This document shows, piece by piece, positions 37,135 to 50,272 of a stretch of 64,000 bases of DNA. This DNA comes from Octopus sinensis (taxonomy: Eukaryota). The notes under the pieces are model-generated. The model ran no database searches, was not told the DNA's origin, and worked only from the letters and a program-made list of their open reading frames with translations. A program made the translations under genes and the position numbers. The first letter of the stretch is position 1, and every line of letters starts with the position of its first letter. Location: NCBI RefSeq assembly GCF_006345805.1, contig NC_043000.1, forward strand, positions 149,172,001 to 149,236,000. Reading direction: 5' to 3'.

Positions 37135-37705
37135 TGATACTATTCATGCAGTGTACAAGATCTGTCCATTTGGGGTGGTGTGTTGATGATGATGATGACC
37201 TCAATGCTCTTGGCTTTGGCCTGTTCAAGGACTGCAAAGTTGATGACGTAGTCCTTCCCATTTGGTGTTCATAACTGATTGAAGTTTCAGTCGATGAAGT
37301 CGTTCCACTGCACAGATGTTCATGTGGTACAAAGTCTACATCTCTCAGCTGTAGATGAAGATGGAAACAACTATGGCTTGATACACCACAAGCTTCGTTT
37401 ATTGTTTCAGGTTTTTGTTTCCAAAGACAGTGACATGGGCACCTCAAATCCTGTTCTCGATGCTTTTTATGGAGTTACAGTGTGTAGAGAGCAGAGTATG
37501 GGAACTGGTCTACTTCTTCCAGTGGTGGGTTAGAGATGGTGAAATTGAAATCAGGAAGGATTGAGTGTGGGGCTGGGTGTGCAGGTACTTTGGTCTTCTG
37601 GCTGTTGATTGTTAGACTGAAGTGATTGTATGCATTTTTGAAGTTGTTGACTAATTTCTGCATTTCTTCAGGTAAATGAGTTGGCAAGGTATTGTCATTA
37701 GTATA
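37135..37705 (-). mobile_element. RTE-BovB-like LINE fragment (post-RT)
   Basis: MQKLVNNF..AY.HFSLTINSQKTKV...LEEVDQFPY and KLVVYQAIVVSIFIYS-like motifs. Confidence 0.7.
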
Positions 37706-37945
37706 CTTACATATTTCTTTACTACCCACAAGGGGCTAAACACAGAGAGGACAAACAAGGACAGGCACACGGATTAAGTCGATTACATCGACCCCCAGTG
37801 TGTAACTGGTACTTAATTTATCAACCCCGGAAGGATGAAAGGTAAAGTCAACCTCGGCAGAATTTGAACTTAGAACGTAACGGCAGATGAAATACCGCTA
37901 AGCATTTCGTCCGGCATGCTAACGGTTCGGCCAGCTCGCTGCCTT
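37706..37945 (-). mobile_element. SINE family B
   Basis: TSD TTAGTATACTTACA. Confidence 0.88.
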
Positions 37946-38007
37946 TAGTATACTTACAGCTCAGTGACATGAATTTTGTTAGTCAGTCTTTGTGATCGAA
38001 GTCTGGG

Positions 38008-38300
38008 TGTGGAGGCACATGGCCTAATGGTTAGAGCAGTGGACTCGCGGTTGGGGGATTGTGGTTTCAAATCTCAGACTGGGCGATGTGTGTGTTTATG
38101 AGCGAAGCACCTAAGCTCCATGCGGCTCCAGCAGAAGGTAATGGTGAACTTCTGCTGATTCTTTCACCACAACTTTCTCTCACTCTTTCCTCCTGCATCT
38201 TGCAGCTCACCTGCGACGGACCAATGTCCCGTCCAGGTGGGGAACATATACGCCACGGAAACCGGGAAACCGGCCCTTATGAGTCATTCATTACTGAAGA
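38008..38300 (+). mobile_element. SINE with a family-C-like head and a different tail
   Basis: GTGGAGGCACATGGCCTAATGGTTAGAGCAG head. Confidence 0.7.
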
Positions 38301-38379
38301 AGGAACAAACAAATGGAAGTCTGGACAAATTGTAGAGTCCACCATTGAAATGGTACATGATTCATATGCCTGGGTTGTT

Positions 38380-38575
38380 TAATGGAATTTTGTGTATCAT
38401 GGCTTGAAGGGCCCACAAAGATAAAGTTGGGGTGAGTGCATCTCTTTGCTTTAAGCTATTGGTGATTAGGGAATCTGATATGTTGTTTTGATGTGCTATC
38501 CATCCCATCATGCCATCATGGATGAGTGGCATAAAATGATTAGGGCAACTGAATTGGTTCTGTACCATCCACGTA
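38380..38575 (-). mobile_element. RTE-BovB-like RT fragment, probably continuing 37135-37705 across two SINE insertions
   Basis: CPNHFMPLIHDGMMG...NSLKQRDALTPTL resembles BovB CP.F...LHDGM...NGVKQGCVLAPTLF. Confidence 0.6.
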
Positions 38576-39059
38576 GCAGTGTGTGGTATGGTATTGAAAA
38601 CTTCAGAAATTCATATACATGTATCAAAGAACTACATGACCCTATATGAGCCTCAACAAGTACTTTGAAGACTGCCGGAGCACCCTAACCCACTGGAGGG
38701 AACACGTCAGGAATCTCCTAAATAGGAACTCCATTGTAGCAGAAATTTTTTTTAACAATACTTCAATATCTTCCTCAACCATGGATGTTGAGCCCTCCAT
38801 CTTTTTGCGAATTCAGTGACTCTGTCAAATAGATGAAACCAAAGAGGTAAGAAAAACAAAACAAAACAAAAAAAAAAGCAGCAAAAAATGGATATTTGAG
38901 TTAATTCTCTTAGATCTGTTTCTAGGCGTGGCAGTGATCCTTCTATATGTGTGTATGGACAACCTAAAGCCTAGAAGTAGCACTGAATTATCTCCCTTGA
39001 CATACACTGTTCTGTAATCAATGTATCCAGCCAGGAATAAACTATATGATTAAAACTAC

Positions 39060-39287
39060 TGCGAGCTTGCAGAATCGATAGCACACCGGGCGAAATGCGT
39101 AGCCATATTTCGTCTGCTGTTACGTTCTGAGTTCAAATTCTGCCGAGGTCGACTTTGCCTTTCATCCTTTCGGGGTCGATAAATTAAGTACCAGTTACGC
39201 ACTGGGATCGATATAATCGACTTAATCCCTTTGTCTGTCCTTGTTTGTCCCCTCTGTGTTTAGTCCCTTGTGGATAGTAAAGAAATA
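39060..39287 (+). mobile_element. SINE family B
   Basis: TSD TATATGATTAAAACTACT. Confidence 0.88.
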
Positions 39288-39517
39288 TATATGATTAAAA
39301 CTACTCATAATTTGTTTCCTGCTGCTGACCTGTTTGAAGAATATCTCAAGAGAAAGGATATGAGACTTTGAACAATGGGATGCTGTAAACTGGAACTATA
39401 ATCTCACATATTAGACACTCACTCAATTTGGATACTGAGGTTTTTTGGGGTGGGGGTGGGGTGGGGGTGTCGGGTATTATTACATAAACCTACTTACAAG
39501 CACAATCAATTAACTAC

Positions 39518-39552
<35 letters not shown>

Positions 39553-40042
39553 CACACATCTATGTTTTAAAAGGAGCTCATGACAAAATTAATTAAAAAA
39601 CAAAATTTGAAGCACAAATGAAGCAGTTTTGATCTGGCCAGTAGCTTAACTGGTTGCTAAATCTGGATTAGGGCATATACCATTCAAAGAAGAAGGAAAA
39701 AAAAGGGGGGGCGGAATCTCTGGAATGGTATGTGAAGATGAAGTATATTGTACCAGTTTGGAATTGAATTTCAAGACAGTGGATGTTGTTAAGCAGGTAT
39801 GTTTTGTGGTATTTGTTTTATTATTCAATGATTGATTAAAAGGTAAAAAAAAAAAAAAAAATTAAAAAAGGTGAGGAAATTGATTCCACCAAGAATATCT
39901 TCATTTTCTTCAAACACCAGAGAAAGAAACATTTGATGAGAAATGTTAAATGTTTTTTTTTTTTTTTTTTCTTCTTAGTTTTCTTACATAAAGATGTCTG
40001 CTAAATTAAAAACAAACAAACATTATTTATTGCATTATTCAG

Positions 40043-40093
40043 GCCTTTATTCTGTGGACAGTCAGAAATTCACCAGTTAGCAAAAATATTTGA
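40043..40093 (+). CDS. CDK6: CDK4/6-like kinase micro-exon (subdomain X)
   Basis: ttcag|G...GA|gtgagt. (R)PLFCGQSEIHQLAKIF(E). 51 nt; phases fit both neighbouring exons. Confidence 0.95.
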   Translation, partial: AFILWTVRNSPVSKNI

Positions 40094-40473
40094 GTGAGTA
40101 AAATTCTTACTTTATTAAACTGTGAAATGAAATCATCTGGTATTTACCTTTAATTAACAAGTTTTATTCAGTACACTTCTGAAATAATGGTATTCAGAAT
40201 ATTTAAGAAAATAGCTAATATTGCTTTTGAAAACTGTTGACAATGCACCATATTTATGCCTTCTTTTGCAATGTTAAAAATACCATTTTTTATATATTTC
40301 ATCAAAAATTGCTTCCTACAGTTAATAAAATGGTATTCTCTACATGTTTCTACTGCTTATTTACTGTACTGTTCATTACATTACATGAGCAATGACCCCC
40401 AAGAAATCTTGTTAGACTTTAGAAAACTTGTAATAACAGCATCTCAAATCTCCAAGGTTACTATTATTTATAG

Positions 40474-40835
40474 TGGTAAGTAGCTTGATAACCAACCACA
40501 TGGTTCCGGGTTCAGTCCCACTACGTGGCATCTTGGGCAAGTGTCTTCTGCTATAGCCCCGGGCCGACCAATGCCTTGTGAGTGGATTTGGTAGACGGAA
40601 ACTGAAAGAAGCCTGTTGTATATATGTATATATATATATATAAGTGTGTGTATATGTTTGTGTGTCTGTGTTTGTCCCCCCTAGCATTGCTTGACAACCG
40701 ATGCTGGTGTGTTTACGTCCCCGTAACTTAGTGGTTCGGCAAAAGAGAGCGATAGAATAAGTCCCGGGGTCGATTTGCTCGACTAAAGGTGGTGCTCCAG
40801 CATGACTGAAACAAGTAAAAGAGTAAAAGAGTAAA
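40474..40835 (+). mobile_element. SINE family A
   Basis: Consensus match with small deletions. Confidence 0.85.
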
Positions 40836-41251
40836 TCCAAAAACGAAATATTATTTAAGAATTTACTGTATAAGTACATTGACATAGGAATTACTATTGT
40901 ATTCTGTTGTTAGGTTATTTAATTTTGGTGCTTTAGGATAGAAACTAGTGTTCAAAACCTATTTTCTTAGAGTAGGAAACGGTAATTTATTGGCAGAGTG
41001 TTAATGCAGTTAATTTTGTATCTGAAGACAGCAGTGGATACACACTGACTCTTTGTGTGTTTCATAGAAATTATGGAGTAGGACATTGTGAATATGGTTG
41101 GATATGAAAAGAAGCATGAAGTGGAATTGGTAGTTTTTACAGAGAAGGATGGTATGATGCATTAGTAAGCTATGGGTTTGCAGTTGTTGATATGGGGCAT
41201 ATTTGCAAATTATGCATATTATCTTTACTTATGATATTTCTGTTTTGTCAA

Positions 41252-41733
41252 GTACATTCTGAACGCCTTACTTCCCTGGGCATGGACACATTGAAACTCC
41301 GACGTCTGGCAGCTGACTTGACAGACACCCATAAAATTATCAACCATCGTACAAACAACAACTCTGAGCACCTTTTCAAACTCCACCTGTCTAACACCCG
41401 TGGACATATTTACAAAGTCAGAAAACAGCACAGCTCCCATGACTTCAGGAAACATTTTTTCACGCTGAGAGTTGCTGAAGCATGGAACAAACTGCCGGCA
41501 TCAGTTGTTAGTTGTCGGAACACTGCATCCTTCAAAACTTCCATGCTTTCTGAGATTTGCCAACACTACACCTGATTTTCTCCCCTCCATACACACACAA
41601 GCATGTATCTGACTCATGCATTGTTCGCTTTCCAGACATTTGTACATTACTGCATATACTCTATACGCACTTTCTGACAAGTTGTGGTGCACCTGAGCAC
41701 TGTATACAATAATTTCATTATATTATTATTATA
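41252..41733 (+). mobile_element. CR1-like LINE 3' end (same family as 19566-20135)
   Basis: SERLTSLGMDTLKLRRL...TRGHIYK...FFTLRVAEAWNKLP; (ATT)n tail. Confidence 0.88.
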
Positions 41734-42111
41734 TTATTTGTTAAAGTGATGTTCCAAATATGAAATCAGTATTTTCTGTGAGATATATTTGTATGGGTAA
41801 ATGTGAAGTACTTTTGAGCTAAATTGATTTTAACCGACAACAAATGATTTTAACCGACAACAGCTTGAAGTTTTAGAACCAAAATATGAACATTTACTGA
41901 AATGCTAAGTAACAGTTACTTGAGGACTAACTAACTATAAGTCACTAATTAAATAGAACTTAGTCAATTACTTTATAGCTCGTTAGTTTTTAATTAGTTT
42001 TTAATAATGAATAATATTTTGTAAGCAAGAAGTTATTTTATATTAATTCTCTTTTGTGAGTGAGATCCCTGGCTTAAAATAGCATATCCCACTTTGCTGT
42101 TTAGAAATATA

Positions 42112-42342
42112 TATTTCTTTACTACCCACAAGGGGCTAAATATAGAGGGGACAAACAAGGACAGACAAATGGATTGTCGATTACATCGACCCCAGTGCGA
42201 AACTGGTACTTTATTTATCGACCCCGAAAGGATGAAAGGCAAAGTCTACCTCGGCGGAATTTGAACTCAGAACGTAATGCCAGACGAAATACCGCTAAGC
42301 ATTTCGCCTGGCGCGCTAACGTTTCTGCCAGCTTGCCGCCTT
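42112..42342 (-). mobile_element. SINE family B
   Basis: TSD TTTAGAAATATA. Confidence 0.88.
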
Positions 42343-42774
42343 TAGAAATATAGCTTACTATTGTAAACATTAGGAACAGGAGTGAACAAGTAGAACTTAC
42401 AGCTGTGAACAGTAGGAATGTAATTATACCCTGAGCTCAAATCTTCCCATGGCCTTAGGAAAAAAACTACATAAGCATATCTCCTATTAAACAACTATTA
42501 CAAAACAAAGTTTTCAGAGGTACTGCATCCTGCATTAGATTTATCAAAGTTGATTATGTTTTTGACAATTTTCTTTAAATTCTAGATATCACTGTTGCTA
42601 AATTAACATGTTTTTGTTATGGTTTAAAAACGACACCTTTAATTGTTAAAGGTATTGTTTTTAAAGGTATTGTTTTTAAAATGTAACCCCATCATTCTAT
42701 GTATGGAAGTAGCATTTTATGATGTTTCAGTTGTTAAAGATTTCACATTCAATATTGTGTTCTTAAGAGTTTAC

Positions 42775-43150
42775 GAGTAGGAGTGGCTGTGTGGTAAGTA
42801 GCCTGCTTCCCAACCACACGGTTCCGGGTTCAGTCCCACTGCGTGGCACCTTGGGCAAGTGTCTTCTACTATAGCCTCGGGCCGACCAAAGCCTTGTGAG
42901 TGGATTTGGTAGACGGAACTGAAAGAAGCCTGTCGTATATATGTGTGTTTGTGTGTCTGTGTTTGTCCCCCCAACATCGCTTGACAACCGATGCTGGTAT
43001 GTTTACGTCCCCGTTACTTAGCGATTCGGCAAAAGAGACTAATAGAATAAGTACTAGGCTTACAAAGAATAAGACCTGGGTTGATTTGCTTGACTAAAAG
43101 GCGGTGCTCCAGCATGGCCGCAGTCAAATGACTGAGACAAGTAAAAGAGA
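42775..43150 (+). mobile_element. SINE family A
   Basis: Full consensus match. Confidence 0.88.
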
Positions 43151-43417
43151 GTTGTTATGTCTATATGAACTTTGTATAGTAACCTTAGCAACATTATGTT
43201 CATGTAATTTTTATTACATGTTAAAATTAGGGTAGTGTTAGATTTACAAAAGCCTTTCAAACAGACACTATTTGTTATTCTGACATTCCAATTTTGTTTC
43301 CAGTTAATGTATCATCAAAACAATTTTGAGCTAAGAAGAACATTTCAATGCAATTATGGACAAGAGATTAGGGAAATAGACCAGGCCAGTGTGAAAGTGA
43401 ATGAAAGAAAGGAAATA

Positions 43418-43646
43418 TTAACCCTTTTGTTACCAACCCGGCTGAAACCGGCTCTGGCTCTTTAGTCTAAATGTCTTGTTTTCATAAGTTTTGAATTAAA
43501 ATCTTCCACAAAACCTTCGTCACAATTTATGTTTCTGACACTAGCTGAATGATAACTAAGTTATTTTACTAAATTCTTTATTACATTTAACGTAATTGAA
43601 AGAAACACAGAACATCTCAAAATAAATACAGTAACAAAAGGGTTAA
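43418..43646. mobile_element. piggyBac-like MITE (same family as 6061, opposite orientation)
   Basis: TTAA|CCCTTTTGTTAC...GTAACAAAAGGG|TTAA. Confidence 0.8.
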
Positions 43647-44116
43647 TCATGAGTTATAACTGAAAGATAACACTCAGCAAACAAAGGCTGGAAAATTCAT
43701 AGAATGTGGTTTTGACCATTCAGCATTACTTGGTCAAATGTAATGCTTATTTAGCCATCATTTTGAATTAATCATGTATTATCTCATAGCTTTGAGATTT
43801 CAATGCTGTAATTGTTTATTTTTAGAATGACGTTGTAGGGTAGGTGTAAAAGACTGGATCTGGCTGATGAAGGAGGTAGAATATTTAGGCTGGATATGGC
43901 CAGTTTAAATGCTAAATGGTTAAATAGAAATGACCATCTTGATAGAAAGTTAAAGAAAAAGAGTAATCTTTAAGATAATAAAAATAGAGCTATATAACTA
44001 TAATGAGTGTTAATGTAAGTATGATGGGTAAATTGATTGTAAACGTCTTGAAGTGATTTAGTGGTACCTAGTGTGTGTGTTCTGAGTTCAAATACCATCA
44101 AGGATAGGTTTTATCA

Positions 44117-44500
44117 GGAGTGGTTGTGTGGTAAGTAGCTTGCTTACCAACCAAATGGTTATGAGTTCAGTCCCACTGCATGGCACCTTGGGCAAGTGTC
44201 TTCTACTATAACCTCGGGCCAACCAAAGCCTTGTGAGTGGATTTGGTAGACGGAAAGTGAAAGAAGCCCATCGTATATATGTATATGTGTGTGTGTATAT
44301 ATGTTTGTGTGTGTGTGTTTGTCCCCCCAATATCGCTTGACAACCAATACTGGTGTGTTTATGTCCCCATAACTTAGTGGTTCGGCAAAAGAGACCAATA
44401 GAATAAGTACCAGGCTTACAAAAATAAGTCCTGGGGTCGATTTGCTTGACTTAAATGCGGTGCTCCAGCATGGCCACAGTCAAGTAAAAGAATAAAAGAA
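44117..44500 (+). mobile_element. SINE family A
   Basis: Consensus match. Confidence 0.85.
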
Positions 44501-44764
44501 TCAAGAATGTTAAAGCTCAAATGCTCTGAGGTAAGATTCTGGATAATTTACCTCATGATTATGAGTTCAAACCTCCCTAAAACTATTGATTTTTATGCCT
44601 AGGCTGGTTTCAGTTTGTCTAGCTGACAAAATCCACTCCTTCATAGTCGAGTGGTTAGTAATAATAGAGCATGAAGGGTAAAGATTATTGTTTAGGTAAT
44701 ATGAAAGTGCTCAAATTGTGATAAGCTTCGCCTTCATTGCAAGCATAGAAACTGAAATCTCTAT

Positions 44765-45384
44765 CTCTATATATATAAACGGCAAAATGTCTGCGTGCGT
44801 GTCCTTTATACAAATCCACAATTTTTCAGTTAGAGGGCTCGCACTTTCTATGGTCATTCAAAACCGTCCAAGGGTGGTTGTGCATATCTTTACATTTCCC
44901 CAGGCACCCTGCAAAGCCATTAAAAAATCAATAGAAGTGACTTTTTTGTGAATTTTCTATCCAAAACCCAATCAAAATGCCCGAAATGTGATACGCCAAT
45001 TGAATGCCAGCTAAGTGTATGTGATTGGTCTGAGATTTGGACAGTATTCGCGTGTTGTGTGTGTCCTTTATACAAATCCCCAATTTTTCAGTTAGAGGGC
45101 TCGCACTTTCTATGGTCATTCAAAACCATCCAAGGGTGGTTGTGCACATATTTACATTTCCCCAGTCACCCTGCAAAGCCATTAAAAAATCAATAGAAGT
45201 GACTTTTTTGTGAATTTTCTATCCAAAACCCAATCAAAATGGCCGAAACGTGATACGCCAATTGAATGCCAGCTAAGTGTATGTGATTGGTCTGAGATTT
45301 GGACAGTACTCGCGTGTATGTGTACATGCACGCAGCTGTATATGCATGCACAGGTCATAGTGCAACGCCGGGTCATAGTGCTAG
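44765..45384 (+). mobile_element. Non-autonomous Helitron with an internal ~255-bp tandem duplication
   Basis: 5' TCTATATATATAAACGGC; 3' GCAACGCCGGG...CTAG|T; 44800-45055 repeated at about 45060-45315. Confidence 0.75.
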
Positions 45385-45603
45385 TGTAAAATAAAATGTA
45401 CAAGGTTCAAATGAATGAATAGATTATAACCAGCAATACTTATGGAATTAGTTTTCTATTTAAAATAGAAAATAGTTTTTATTTTTGCAGACAACTGAAG
45501 ATTTTTTTATCCTACTTTTGAAAAAAAAAATTTATTCTTTTATATCTATTCCTTCTCAATTCATGGATTACCACTATTACAACTATTATATCTACTCCTT
45601 CAG

Positions 45604-45739
45604 AATTCTTGGATTACCATCCAAGGAAGAATGGCCAGAAAATGCAGTTTTACTATGGAGTTCATTTACTCCTCAACTGAAAAAACCTTTAGAAGAATGT
45701 GTTCGTGAAATAGGACCTCTTGCCAAGGAATTATTAACG
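45604..45739 (+). CDS. CDK6: CDK4/6-like kinase exon (CDK insert)
   Basis: ttcag|A...ACG|gtgagt. ILGLPSKEEWPENAVLLWSSFTPQLKKPLEECVREIGPLAKELLT. 136 nt. Confidence 0.95.
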
Positions 45740-45877
45740 GTGAGTTTTACTTACAAATACATAAATTTACCAGTTGGTTGGTAATTGAACGGTTAATAGA
45801 AAGATCAATGGCTCATCTCCAGTGGTTGTACTGTATTCATGGGTAAATCTAAAAAATACCAAAACTAACATGATTTA

Positions 45878-46292
45878 AGGCGCAGGAGTGGCTGTGTGGT
45901 AAGTAGCTTGTTAACCAACCACATGGTTCCGGGTTCAGTCCCACTGCGTGGCATCTTGGGCAAGTGTCTTCTGCTATAGCCCCGGGCCGACCAATGCCTT
46001 GTGAGTGGATTTGGTAGACAGAAACTGAAAGAAGCCTGTCGTATATATGTATATATATATATATAAGTGTGTGTGTATATGTTTGTGTGTCTGTGTTTGT
46101 CCCCCTAGCATTGCTTGACAACCGATGCTGGTGTGTTTACATCCCCATCACTTAGCGGTTCGGCAAAAGAGACCGATAGAATAAGTACTGGGCTTACAAA
46201 GATTAAGTCCCGGGGTCGAGTTGCTCGACTAAAGGCGGTGCTCCAGCATGGCCGCAGTCAAATGACTGAAATGTGTAAAAGAGTAAGAGTAA
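45878..46292 (+). mobile_element. SINE family A
   Basis: Full consensus match, about 140 nt after the 136-nt exon. Confidence 0.88.
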
Positions 46293-46509
46293 GCTGAAAA
46301 AAAAAATGAAATGATAAAAAGTTTTACAGGGAGATTACTCCTGCGCATTTTAGTGTATTTAATTGTTTTGGTGAGAAAGAAACTTGACAATCGAATTATT
46401 TAAACAATTGCATTGGTAAGAAAGTAAAGAATATATGAAAGTCAGCATCCAGCGGGTTACAATACACATATCCATTTTGACATATACCTTCATGCACATA
46501 TATTTCATA

Positions 46510-46740
46510 AGGCGGCGAGCTGGCAGAAACGTTAGCGTGCTGGGCGAAATGCGTAGCCGTATTTTGTCTGCCGCTACGTTCTGAGTTCAAATTCCGCCGA
46601 GATCGACTTTGCCTTTCATCCTTTTGGGGTCGATAAATTAAGTACCAGTTACGCACTGGGGTCGTTGTAATCGACTTAATTCGTTTGTCTGTCCTTGTTT
46701 GTCCCCTCTATGTTTAGCCCCTTGTGGGTAATAAAGAAAC
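46510..46740 (+). mobile_element. SINE family B
   Basis: TSD CATATATTTCATAAG. Confidence 0.88.
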
Positions 46741-46944
46741 ATATATTTCATAAGTTCAAATCCTACCTGGGTTCTTAAACTTTTTTTCCATTTTAGTTTG
46801 ATAAAATGAATAACAATCAGTGTAATGAAAACTATATCCTAAAAGAATCTATCTCACCATAGTCACAGTTCCATAAAAGAATTCTGGTTAAGAAGTTTGC
46901 TTTGCATTTGTGGTTTTGATCTTGATTTTAATGCACTGTAGATA

Positions 46945-47155
46945 TCTGATCTGGCAGTGTTTCTACGGCTGGATGCCCTTCCTAACGCCAACCACTCCGT
47001 GAGTGTAGTGGGTGCTTTTTACGTGCCACCCGCACAGGTGCCAGACGGGGCTGGCAGACGGCCACGGACTGATGGTGCTTTTTATGTGCCACCGGCACAG
47101 GGGCCAGGCAAGGCTGGAAACGGTCATGATCGGATGGTGCTTTTTACGTGCCAAA
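46945..47155 (-). mobile_element. RTE 3'UTR fragment
   Basis: GGATGCCCTTCCTAACGCCAACCACTCC core and repeat units. Confidence 0.82.
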
Positions 47156-47339
47156 CACTATTTCATTTTATGGCTAACCATAAAATAGTACTTGAATACT
47201 GGAGGTAGAGTAATATGCTTTATTAAAACTACAAAAACATCACAAAAACTGTTACTCAGAGTTTCATACTCCTGTTTATCAGGCAGTTGTATTCCAGATG
47301 GAAATGTATCACCAGTATCAAAGCATAAAAAGCATTCTA

Positions 47340-48170
47340 AACACTTTGAAATCACTAAAGCACCTGAATTTATCCAGCAAGTTCAACAGTCCATTGACTA
47401 CAATCCCAGAAAGTCCATGAGGTCAATTGAAAAAGATCTCCATGTGTCAAGAGGAACAGTCAGAAATGTCCACAAAGACATCAGATATAAGTCTTATAGG
47501 ATGAGGAAAGGTCAGTTTGTCAGAAAAAGCAAAAGAAAATGACTACATCAGATCTAAAAGGCTCTTAAACAAACTGAAAAAATCTATCAGAAGATTTGAT
47601 TTGGTTTTTCTCAAATGAGAAAAACTTCAACCAAAATCAAAAAGTTAACAGAAGAAATGACAGATGGTAATGTGCAGACCCTTCTGAAGTTCAAAGTGTT
47701 TTGCATACAAAATTTCCTGCAACTGTCGTGATTTTAGGTGTTGTCAGCAATGAAGGACATGTGATGCTTCCTTACTTCTTTCTGCAAGGCCTTAGAGTTA
47801 ACTCTGCCACCTACATTGAGATCCTGAAAATAATTAAGTCCTGGATAGACAGTATATGCAATGGAAGGTCATATGTGTTTCAGTAAGACTCTGCAATATC
47901 ACACATGGCTCTAGTAACATAGGAATGGATGGCTCAAAATTTTCATGATTACATGACCCCTAACATTTGGCCTCCTAATTCCCTAGATCCATTGGACTAT
48001 TACATGTGGAGAGGTCAATGAACATGCCCATAACACCAAAGATTCTTTGAAAGCTGCCATGGTCAGAGTAATGTCCAAAATGAACCTGGACCACTTGATT
48101 TGAGCATGTAGATGATTTAGATCTCATATAGAAGCAGTTGTTGAAGCTGAAAGGGGCTTTATTGAATAAC
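47340..48170 (+). pseudogene. Decayed Tc1/mariner transposase (probably DD37D/maT type)
   Basis: HTH region KSMRSI..DLHVSRGTVR, then WFFSNEKNF, YVFQ*DSA, WPPNSLD-PLDYYMW; several stops. Confidence 0.85.
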
Positions 48171-48997
48171 ATTATAGAAAAGACGGTTTATTTTTATCTT
48201 TATAGCATTTTTGGTAAAGCTGTCTGTTATTATATATCTGTCTTTTCGAGTGAGGTCGTTACCAGTGCTGCTGGACTGGCTCCTGTGCAGGTGGTATGTA
48301 AAAAACACTATTTGAGCGTGGCCGTTGCCAGTACCGCCTGACTGGCCCTCGTGTCGGTGGTATGTAAAAGCACCCACTACACTCTCGGAGTGGTTGGCGT
48401 TCTCTGGTTGTGTTGATTCCTCTTTATAGTATGTCTGGTTGTTAAGTATCTCCAGTATCTTTTTCTACGTGTCACCTGTACAGGAGTCGGTCCAGTGGCA
48501 CTGGCAATGACCTCGCTAAAATGTTGTTTTTCATGTGCCACCGGCACAAGTGCCAGTAAGGTGACGCTGGTAACGATCACGCTCGAATGGTGCTTTTTAC
48601 ATGCCACTGGCACGGGGGCCAGTCAGTGGCCCTGGAAACGATCATTCTTGGATGGTGCTCTTAGCACTCCACTAGCACGGATGCCAGTCCTGCAGTGCTG
48701 TCATCGAATTTGATTTCAATTTCACTTGTCTCAAAAGGTCTTCGCAAGCAGAGTTAAGTGTCCAATGAAGGAAAAGTATGCATAAGTGGGCTGGTTACAC
48801 CCCTGGCATAGGCCACAGATTATGGTCTCACTGCTTATTTAAATGGCAGATATATTCAACTTAAGTAAAGGTTGCAGCATATGTACGGGATATTTTTTCT
48901 TTTTTGTTTATGCGAAAAATTGAAAAATAGGAGTGTATATTTATTAGATGAGTGCTGTGTATTAAGTCTATAAAATTCTACATAAAGTGTATAAAGT

Positions 48998-49396
48998 GTA
49001 GTGGCTGTGTGGTAAGTAGCTTGCTAACCAACCACATGGTTCCGGGTTCAGTCCCACTGCGTGGCATCTTGGGCAAGTGTCCTGCTATAGCCCCGGGCCG
49101 ACCAATGCCTTGTGAGTGGATTTGGTAGACGGAAACTGAAAGAAGCCCGTCGTATATATGTATATATAAGTGTGTGTGTATATGTTTGTGTGTCTGTGTT
49201 TGTCCCCCTAGAATTGTTTGACAACCGATGCTGGTGTGTTTACGTCCCCGTCACTTAGCGGTTCGGCAAAAGAGACCGATGGAATAAGTACTGGGCTTAC
49301 AAAGAATAAGTCCCGGGGTCGATTTGCTCGACTAAAAGGCGGTGCTCCAGCATGGCCGCAGTCAAATGACTGAAACAAGTAAAAGAATAAAAGAGC
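48998..49396 (+). mobile_element. SINE family A
   Basis: Full consensus match; TATAAAGTG on both flanks. Confidence 0.88.
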
Positions 49397-49650
49397 ATAT
49401 AAAGTGCATATTCCAATTTCTTTCACTTTTCAGTGAGTGGTAGATGAGCGACTATCTTTTGATACAGACACAACACAGACTACGCTTTCAGGCTTTTTGG
49501 AGATAAAGTTTTCAGAAATAACCCAATAAGTTTACCATTAATTCCGTGAAATATTCACAGGTCCTGCTAGCATTAAATAAAGATTTCTAACAACACAATT
49601 GCTGCAAACTTAAACTGCATTCAGCTGCTTTAATTATATGTATTTGTATT

Positions 49651-49701
<51 letters not shown>

Positions 49702-49954
49702 GTATACATTTATACCTGTGTATGTATGTGTGTTTGTGTGCGTGCACGCACACATGCATGTGTATATGTGTGTGTTTGTATACATTCATGTGTATGTATG
49801 CATGTATTTGTCTCTATGTATTTTGAGTGAGTGTATGAAATTATAAGAAATAATATATCTTTGTGTGTGTGTGTGTGCGTGTATGTGTGTCTTCCTTTTT
49901 TTTCCGAATGTATATTTACATTTCAAATGTTCCCAATGCCTTTTCTCTTTGCAG

Positions 49955-50272
49955 GGGCTGCTTACCATTAATCCTAAAGACAGACTAAGTGCCAAACGTG
50001 CCTTAAACTATGCATACTTTCATCAAACTCCCTCCCACACAACCACAGAAAACTCCAATGCAAACCACGCAATGAATTCAAGTAACTCAACTAAAAATAA
50101 TACAAACAGCTTTAATGTTTCTAGTAATTTGACAACTGCAACATCAATTTCAAATCTACAAACTCCTAGTAATTCTATTACTGCTACACCGGGACCATCA
50201 CAAAAACATTCACTTGTAAGCACAACACCTGTAACGACAACTCCCAAACCAGCAGATAATTTCGGCAGGTAA
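49955..50272 (+). CDS. CDK6: CDK4/6-like kinase last recognisable exon: subdomain XI plus S/T/N-rich tail
   Basis: tttgcag|GGG. GLLTINPKDRLSAKRALNYAYF, then 83 low-complexity aa to TAA at 50270-50272. The end is uncertain because AG|GTAACT at 50268/50269 could be a splice donor. Confidence 0.85.
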   Translation, partial: GLLTINPKDRLSAKRALNYAYFHQTPSHTTTENSNANHAMNSSNSTKNNTNSFNVSSNLTTATSISNLQTPSNSITATPGPSQKHSLVSTTPVTTTPKPADNFGR

